Source: Thecamonas trahens ATCC 50062
Taxonomy: Eukaryota > Protista > Apusomonadida
Assembly (NCBI RefSeq): GCF_000142905.1
Contig: NW_013657641.1
Coordinates: 1-5,279, forward strand
DNA length: 5,279 nucleotides
Direction of reading: 5' to 3'
The notes under the pieces are model-generated. The model was not told where the DNA came from. It ran no database searches and saw only the letters and a program-made list of their open reading frames with translations. The position numbers and the translations under genes are program-made. The stretch's first letter is position 1. Each line of letters opens with the position of its first letter. Below, in pieces: positions 1 through 5,279 of the stretch.

Positions 1-1450
1 GCAACCCACAACCACACCCAAGGTCATCACTCACCCCACACTATCACCAGTATCAGTATCGCCGTCATCGTTTACCATCGACCTCGGCTCACTTTCGCAG
101 CGACTTGTTTGCCCTAGGTGGTTGAGCACGCCCTCGACCGCCCGACCCCGCAAATGCCCCCCACCACACTCATTGCAAGATATGGCCAATCTGATTTCAC
201 TACTACTCTACTACACGCCCACACTACCCCCTTGCACAGTCTCCAATTCACAGCTGCTGTATTCCGGAATCCGAGTTCTGCCGGCTCGGCCCCAAGTGGT
301 TGTCCTGGTGTCCCTTCGATGCTGCTGACCCCTCCTCCCCGGGCCCATCTCCGACCCCCACTCCCGACCATGTCCACCCACAACCACCACACCCACACCA
401 CACATACCCACCACCCCCTGCAAACGTATCCACCCACTCTCTGCTCCCCGATATTTACATCAGCCGACACCATCCCGTCAACAGCATCGCTGCTGACCGC
501 CGGCTGCTCGCTGCTGACCGCCGCCCACCGCCGACCGACCACTGCCGGCACCACCGAGAGCAAGCTAGCCATCGACAGGGCATTGGAGGCAATGCATATA
601 GATAGCCACATCAATGGCAATGACTACCAGTCTGCTCTCCAACCCAATCCTACCCTCCCTCCTCCGGCCTTGCCCATCACAGCCCCCGACCGCCTGCTCA
701 TCGCCCGCCGCCCCTGCTGCCGACCACCGAACCAGACGACGAGGCCTGTGGGCTGGCCAAGACAAGGAAGAACAAGAGAGGGCTAGGGCAAGCGATAGGC
801 AATGCAGTGGTGGGCTAGAGTGCAGTGGTCTGCCTCCTCTTCCAATCCCAATCTCTCGTCTCCATCGACGTCCATCTCAATCCAATCCATCCCGCCCTCC
901 TCCCCCTCGCCGCCCAAGCCCCTCCACCCTCATCAACCACACCCCACACACACCCATCATCCTCATCATACCCACCTTCATCATTGCTCAAGCCCAATCG
1001 CCATACCTACTACCATTTCGCCCGTCACGACCCCACGTCACGACCCCCCTCATCCCCCCCTACCATACTCATTACCACCCATCACCACAAACCACCACTC
1101 CCACCGCGTACTCCACCGCCATCACTATCATTCCAGTCACAAGCCTCACCCACAGGTCGTGCCCATACCCACCACCATCCCATCGCGCCCGCGGCTTCCT
1201 CTTCCTCCTCATCCTCCTCCTCTTCCCACTCTATCTCACCCCCATCCCCATCCCCGACCCTGACACCCATACCCCTCAACCATCACATGCCAGACTGCGC
1301 ATCTGCCGACCAACAGCAATGTCAAGCCACCCAGCTCCGACCCAGCCCCTCAGCTGTGCCCTCTTGCCGACCACCAGCCACCAGCCGTCGCCCGCTCGCC
1401 CGGTCAGCCCCACCTTCATCACCACCTAGCTTCCACCCACTACCAGGTAC
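1..1450. repeat. Repeat unit copy 1 (phase set arbitrarily by the window start)
   Basis: Colinear with 1451..2899. Confidence 0.95.
1195..1260. repeat. Low-complexity (CCT/CTT)n pyrimidine tract followed by C-runs (homologue at ~2642..2708)
   Basis: cttcctcttcctcctcatcctcctcctcttccc, then cccccatccccatccccgaccc. Confidence 0.75.
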
Positions 1451-2899
1451 GCAACCCGCGACCACACTACTGGTCATCACTCACCACAGACTATCACCAG
1501 TACCAATATCGCTGTCATCGATTCCCATCGACCCCGGCTCATTTCCGCGTCGGCTTGTTTTGCCTAGGTGGTTGAGCACGTCCTCGACCGCCCGACCCCG
1601 CACACGCCCCCACCAACCTCATTGCAAGATATGACCAATCTGATTTCACTACTACCCTACTACATACACACACTACCCCTTGCACAGTTTCCAATCCATA
1701 GCTGCAGTATTCCGGAATCCGAGTTCTGCCTGCTCGGGCCCAACTTGTTGGCCCTGTGTCCCTTCGAAGGTGCTGACCCCCCTCCCCGGGCCCATCTCCG
1801 ACCCCCACTCCCGACCATGTCCACCCACAACCACCACACCCACACCACGCATACTCACCACCCCTGCAAACATAGCCACTCACTTCCTGCCCGCCGATAT
1901 TGACATCAGCCGACGCCATCCCGTCAACAGCATCGCTGCCGACCGCCTGCTGCTCGCCGCCGACCGCCGCCCGCCGCCGACCGACCACCTCCGGCACCAC
2001 CGAGAGCAGGCTAGCCATCGACGGAGCATTGGAGACGATGCGTGGAGATAGCCACAGCAATGGTTCTGGCTACCAGTGCGCCCTCCAACCCAATCCTCCT
2101 CTCCCTCCTCCGGCCTTGCCCATCACAGCCCCCGCCGGCCTGCTCATCACCAGCCGCCCGTGCCGCCGACCACCGAGCCAGACGACGAGACCTCCGGTCT
2201 GGCCAAGACAAGGAAGAACAAGAGAGGGGAAGAGTGAGCGATAGGCAATGCGGTTGTAGGCTAGAGTGCAGTGGTCCGCCTTGTCTTTCAATCCCAAGCC
2301 CTCGTCTCCATCGGCGTCCATCTCAATCCAATCCCGTCCGCCCTCCTCGCCCTTGCCGCCCAAGCCCCTCCACCCTCATCAACTACACCCCACACCCACC
2401 CATCATCCTCATCTTACCCATCCACATCAATGCTCAAGCCCAATCGCCATACCCACCACCTCTTCGCCAGTCCCGCCACCCACGTCACGACCCCCCTCAT
2501 CCCCCCCTACCATACTCATTACGCCCCATCATCACCAACTACCACTCTCACCCCCTACCCCACCACCATCACTATCATCCTAGCCACAACCACCACCACC
2601 TTGTCTTGGCCATCGCCACCACCATCCCATCGCGCACTCCGCTTCCTCTTCCTCCTCATCCTCCTCGTCTTCCCGCTCTACGTCACCTCCATCCTCATCC
2701 CCGACCCCGACACCCACAACCCTCAACCATCACATGCCATACTGCCCATCCTCCAACCAGCAGCAATCTCAAGCCACCCAGCCACGACCCAGCCCCCTGT
2801 GCCGCCCCCGCCTCGCCGACCACCAGCCGCCAGCCGCCGCCCGCTCGCCCGATCAGGCCCACCTTCATCACCACCTAGCTCCTTCCCACTACCAGCCAC
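1451..2899. repeat. Repeat unit copy 2
   Basis: Colinear with 1..1450, with small indels. Confidence 0.95.
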
Positions 2900-3009
2900 G
2901 CTACCCACGACCACACCCAAGGTCATCACACATCCCACACTATCTCCAGTATCATTATCGCCGTCATCGATACCCATCTTCCTCGGCTCACTTTCGCCCG
3001 TCCCGTTGT
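2900..3009. repeat. Truncated repeat unit copy 3
   Basis: Matches 1..~110 with 13 mismatches in the first 100 bp. Similarity ends around cgtcccgttgt (~3009). Confidence 0.9.
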
Positions 3010-3168
3010 GCTACTCGCGTACTACGCGAGGACTCGAGCGCCGGGCTATGCCCGCAAGCGGGGAATCAGTCAGGAAGAATGATGATTCATTGAAGCGGCT
3101 GGCGTGTAGTCGAGTGCCGCACCGCCGCGGCGTTGACACGCTGAGAGACGCGCCGAGCGGCGAGCACA

Positions 3169-3217
3169 CCGTCACCCACAGCACGACCCCCTCATCCCCC
3201 CCTACCATACTCATTAC
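3169..3217. repeat. Isolated 49-bp fragment of the repeat unit containing a minus-strand polypurine tract
   Basis: ccgtcacccacagcacgaccccctcatccccccctaccatactcattac versus ccgccacccacgtcacgacccccctcatccccccctaccatactcattac at 2473..2522. The homologous tract in copy 1 ends at 1075. Confidence 0.9.
3187..3203 (-). promoter_or_regulatory. Candidate polypurine tract (PPT) AGGGGGGGATGAGGGGG
   Basis: Lies ~58 bp downstream of the pol stop on the same strand and is followed by TCG then TG(CT). This is the expected place for a PPT, but the tract is also part of the repeat-derived fragment. Confidence 0.4.
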
Positions 3218-3261
3218 TGTCGGGTGGCGGGAGTCGTAGATCGCGGCGAGGTCGGCGCTTG

Positions 3262-5279
3262 TCAGTGGCTCGTGCGTGATGTGTCGTTCAGACGGGATGC
3301 CGGGATTGCGCCGTCGGCCGTGTGATGCCATGTCACGACGAATGCGGACCCGTCCGACGAAAGGGCAATGTCGTCAACGGGCCATTCCGTGACGCCCGAG
3401 GTGTCGTCTTCGTGGGGGTCGGGAGCTGGGCCACCGGGAGCCGAGCGCCGCAGGGACTGCAGCGGGGGCAGACCCATGGCGCGCCATGTGCGCCGCCTGT
3501 CGCGCCGCGCTCGGACCCGTGCAGCCGGGCCAGAAGCCATCGTGGGCGGTAAGGCCGTGGGTGCGGTCGAGGCTGGAGAGGCGCCGGGTGGGGAGGGCAG
3601 CGGAGAGGGCGGTGCCGCCCTCGACGAAGGTGCGGCTGGGGAGGGCGGTGTCGCTGGAGAGACTCGAGGTGGACTGGCCGTCGGGGGCGGTGTCGTGGGT
3701 GGATGCGGCGCGAGGGGGCGTGGCGGCGGGCAGGGGTGCCGCGCTGAGGGCGGCGTTGAGTGTGCGCCTGCTCGCCCTTCGCGCTTCGCCCAGCTCGGCG
3801 CGGCAAGGTGGGCGTCGAGCAGCTTGTCCGCAGGCGGACATGGTGCTGTCCACACCTTGAGTAGCTCGAACGGTACGGTGTGGGACGCGCCGAAACGGTC
3901 GGCCAACGTGGCGCGGTTTGCAAGGGTGTCGACGTGGTCGACGCGGAACGGGCCGGCGAAGGGCGCCTCGGCCTTGCTGGATCGTGTACGCTGGACGTAA
4001 ACGAAATCGCCGGCGGAGAGTGCGGGTGGTGCCATGGGCTGTGGCGTCTCGGAGGGGTCGAGAAGGCCCGCCGCTTTGCGGCGGGCCGCTGCGCTGCGCC
4101 GGTCGGCCGCGCGCGCTCGCTTGGCCCGGTCGTCGTTACTGGTGTGGGCGCCGAGTTCCCCCGGGGGGTCGCGACCCAGCATGATGAAATGCGGCGTCTC
4201 GCCGAGTGTGGAATGGGCGGACGTGTTGTAGGCGCGAATGGCGGAACCCCACGCGGTCGTGAGGGCGCGCAGGGAGGGTGGCGAGGGGATGCCGGCAGCG
4301 TCGAGGTGCGTGCGAACGGAGGCTTTGAGCGTGGATATGAGCCGTTCGATCCGCCCGTTGGAGGCTGGGTGCCTGGGGGTGGTGAAGTGGTGGTGGATGC
4401 CGAGTTTGGACATCGCTGTGGCGACGTCGCCCCCTCGTAGCGCACCGGCGTTGTCGGAGATGAGACGTGCTGGCACGCCGTAGTGGTCGCACCAGGCCGT
4501 GATTGCGTCCGCGTAGTCGCGGCCTTTGATCCCGGCGGCGCGGACGACGTGGATCTGCGCGAGGCGCGAGAGCATGTCCATGATGACGATGATTGAGGCG
4601 CGGATGCCATCAGCCGTGGGGAAGGGGCCAGCGCCGTCGGTGGCGATGGTATGGTTGGGCGCGGGTGGGGCGAGGTGGGCGCGGTAGGCGAGCTGCGGTC
4701 GAGTACCAGTGTGTTTGGCGCGGCCGCACGGGCCGCAAGCAGCGGTCGCGGCGCGGACGCTGGTTTCAAGCTTATCGGTGGCAAACCCGGCGGCGCGAAG
4801 CCGGGCTGTGGTCGTGCGAGGGCCGCGGTGGCCGGCCGCCGCGTGGGCTTCCGTGATGGCCGCGGTGCTGGGCACCATGGCCGCGATGTGGGCCGCGGAT
4901 GCCGCTGGTGGGGCGGACGGCGCCGGGTGTCGGGTGGGGCGAGAGAGTAGGTCAGCCACGGGGTTGTCGTCTCCGGGAATGTAGCTGACCACGATGTCGC
5001 GTGTGGACAGCATAAGAGCCCACGACGCCAAGCGAGGCGAGGCGGAGCGGGATGCCGCCGGTCCGAACGTGGTCGTCAGCGCCTTGTGGTCGGTGTACAC
5101 CCTGAGCGGGCGGCCACGCAGGATCTTGTCGTGGGCCCGGATGATGGACACGATGGCGAGAGCCTCGCGCTCACTTATGCCGTAATTTCGTTGCGCCGCC
5201 GAGAGCGAGCGCGACCAGAAGGAAAACGGCCGCATGCCCCGCGTTGTGGGCACGCAGATAGCGCCGCCCATGTGCGTGG
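3262..5279 (-). CDS. pol: Ty3/gypsy (Metaviridae-type) Pol polyprotein, 5'-partial: RNase H - integrase (HHCC, DDE, GPY/F) - Pro-rich linker - chromodomain-like tail
   Basis: The 669-aa ORF (3262..5271) has no stops, and the frame stays open to the window edge (..T-H-M-G-G-A-I-C), so the listed Met is probably internal. RNase H motifs: FWSRSLSAAQRNYGISEREALAI, VYTDHKAL, RLASWAL, YIPGDDNPVADLLSR. Integrase motifs follow. The order RNase H then integrase is characteristic of Ty3/gypsy rather than Ty1/copia. Confidence 0.95.
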   Translation of the reverse strand, partial: THMGGAICVPTTRGMRPFSFWSRSLSAAQRNYGISEREALAIVSIIRAHDKILRGRPLRVYTDHKALTTTFGPAASRSASPRLASWALMLSTRDIVVSYIPGDDNPVADLLSRPTRHPAPSAPPAASAAHIAAMVPSTAAITEAHAAAGHRGPRTTTARLRAAGFATDKLETSVRAATAACGPCGRAKHTGTRPQLAYRAHLAPPAPNHTIATDGAGPFPTADGIRASIIVIMDMLSRLAQIHVVRAAGIKGRDYADAITAWCDHYGVPARLISDNAGALRGGDVATAMSKLGIHHHFTTPRHPASNGRIERLISTLKASVRTHLDAAGIPSPPSLRALTTAWGSAIRAYNTSAHSTLGETPHFIMLGRDPPGELGAHTSNDDRAKRARAADRRSAAARRKAAGLLDPSETPQPMAPPALSAGDFVYVQRTRSSKAEAPFAGPFRVDHVDTLANRATLADRFGASHTVPFELLKVWTAPCPPADKLLDAHLAAPSWAKREGRAGAHSTPPSARHPCPPPRPLAPHPPTTPPPTASPPRVSPATPPSPAAPSSRAAPPSPLPSPPGASPASTAPTALPPTMASGPAARVRARRDRRRTWRAMGLPPLQSLRRSAPGGPAPDPHEDDTSGVTEWPVDDIALSSDGSAFVVTWHHTADGAIPASRLNDTSRTSH
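3265..3387 (-). other. Degenerate chromodomain-like C-terminal segment
   Basis: EWPVDDI...AFVVTW...IPASRL parallels the chromodomain pattern E(Y/W).VE.I...YLVKW...EP..NL and sits where chromoviruses carry it. It is shortened and lacks the third cage aromatic. Recognised by eye only. Confidence 0.5.
3850..4020 (-). other. Integrase C-terminal GPY/F (SH3-like) module
   Basis: GDFVYV...KAEAPFAGPFRV...VPFELLK matches the gypsy G(D/E).V...K....(F/W).GP(Y/F).V...V....LK pattern. Confidence 0.85.
4165..4659 (-). other. Integrase catalytic core (rve), D-D(35)-E
   Basis: D212 (IATDGAGPFP), IVIMDMLSR, D273 (YGVPARLISDN) and E309 (HPASNGRIER), with exactly 35 residues between D273 and E309. These are followed by AYNTSAHSTLGETPHFIMLGR. 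Confidence 0.95.
4726..4845 (-). other. Integrase N-terminal HHCC zinc-binding motif
   Basis: H143-X4-H148-X30-C179-X2-C182 (AHAAAGHRG...ACGPCGRAK). Confidence 0.9.
4939..5279 (-). other. Ty3/gypsy RT-associated RNase H domain (N-terminal DAS motif lies outside the window)
   Basis: aa 1-111 of the ORF carry NY.I.ERE.LAI, YTDH.AL, R...W and G..N..AD.LSR, the canonical gypsy RNase H motif series. Confidence 0.92.

Larger units (their letters stand above)
1..3009. repeat. Tandem array of a ~1450-bp unit (2 full copies plus ~110 bp of a third, probably continuing left of the window)
   Basis: gcaacccacaaccacacccaaggtcatcac at 1, gcaacccgcgaccacactactggtcatcac at 1451 and gctacccacgaccacacccaaggtcatcac at 2900 give periods of 1450 and 1449. 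The copies are colinear throughout. Hand count: 21 mismatches in the first 120 bp between copies 1 and 2. Confidence 0.97.
3218..5279 (-). mobile_element. Ty3/gypsy LTR retrotransposon (possibly chromovirus-like), 3' part. The left boundary is ambiguous (3218 or ~3009).
   Basis: pol ORF as above. Similarity to the tandem repeat stops abruptly at 3217 and is followed by TGT. The second LTR is outside the window, so the LTR cannot be delimited. Confidence 0.8.

Noticed and set aside
113-142. Helitron 3' end (hairpin plus CTAG) on the minus strand
   Set aside because: The CTAG overlaps the stem instead of lying ~10 bp after it, the stem has C-A mismatches on that strand, and the CTAG is followed by G rather than T.
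255-370. tRNA, 5S or spliced-leader RNA gene in the repeat unit (attccggaat palindrome, ..cccgacca end)
   Set aside because: I could not build a cloverleaf or find a proper A/B box or 5S motif. Only a loose tRNA-3'-end resemblance remains, which is treated as a possible PBS.
487-522. 15-bp direct repeat tcgctgctgaccgcc with 21-bp period (also cgtcacgacccc x2 at 1023..1047)
   Set aside because: Only two copies each. These are ordinary slippage duplications within the unit, not CRISPR- or iteron-like.
1-3009. CRISPR array, or the two LTRs of the adjacent gypsy element
   Set aside because: The units are ~1450 bp with no repeat-spacer structure. They are head-to-tail on one side of pol and too diverged to be the paired LTRs of an element with an intact ORF.
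114-3239. Numerous overlapping Pro/His/Thr-rich ORFs (and Gly/Val/Trp-rich antisense ORFs) in the tandem array as genes
   Set aside because: They occur in all frames, have no recognisable domain, change frame and start between copies, and are expected from C-rich, stop-poor composition.
3825-3840. Perfect inverted repeat TGTCCGC-AG-GCGGACA
   Set aside because: Short, inside the pol ORF and in GC-rich sequence, so probably chance. No adjacent PPT makes it an LTR boundary.
4165-4659. Bacterial IS3/IS481 transposase
   Set aside because: The DDE core is fused to a gypsy RNase H, an HHCC finger and a GPY/F motif, which is a eukaryotic LTR-retrotransposon architecture.
3333-4784. 483-aa alternative-frame ORF and the plus-strand ORFs overlapping pol
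   Set aside because: Shadow ORFs of a very GC-rich coding region. They are low-complexity and show no motifs.

Overview
GC-rich, eukaryote-like repetitive DNA with two parts. (1) Positions 1..~3009 are a tandem array of a ~1450-bp, C-rich and G-poor unit. There are two full copies starting at 1 and 1451 and a third starting at 2900, truncated after ~110 bp. Copies differ at 13-22 of their first 100 positions and show many CpG->TpG/CpA differences. (2) Positions 3262..5279 on the minus strand are the uninterrupted 3' half of a Ty3/gypsy pol gene: RNase H, HHCC zinc finger, D-D35-E integrase, GPY/F motif, a long Pro-rich linker and a degenerate chromodomain-like tail. The ORF is open past the window end. 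Between the two parts lie a ~160-bp hairpin-rich unique segment and a 49-bp piece (3169..3217) of the tandem-repeat unit. That piece contains the only clear polypurine tract downstream of pol. The most interesting reading is a hypothesis: the 1450-bp unit is a tandemly arrayed non-autonomous LTR element (TRIM-like) that shares cis-signals with the adjacent gypsy element. The alternative is a simple gypsy insertion into a satellite with a TGT terminus at 3218. The ORFs in the repeat are most likely compositional artefacts. The host organism cannot be determined from this window.
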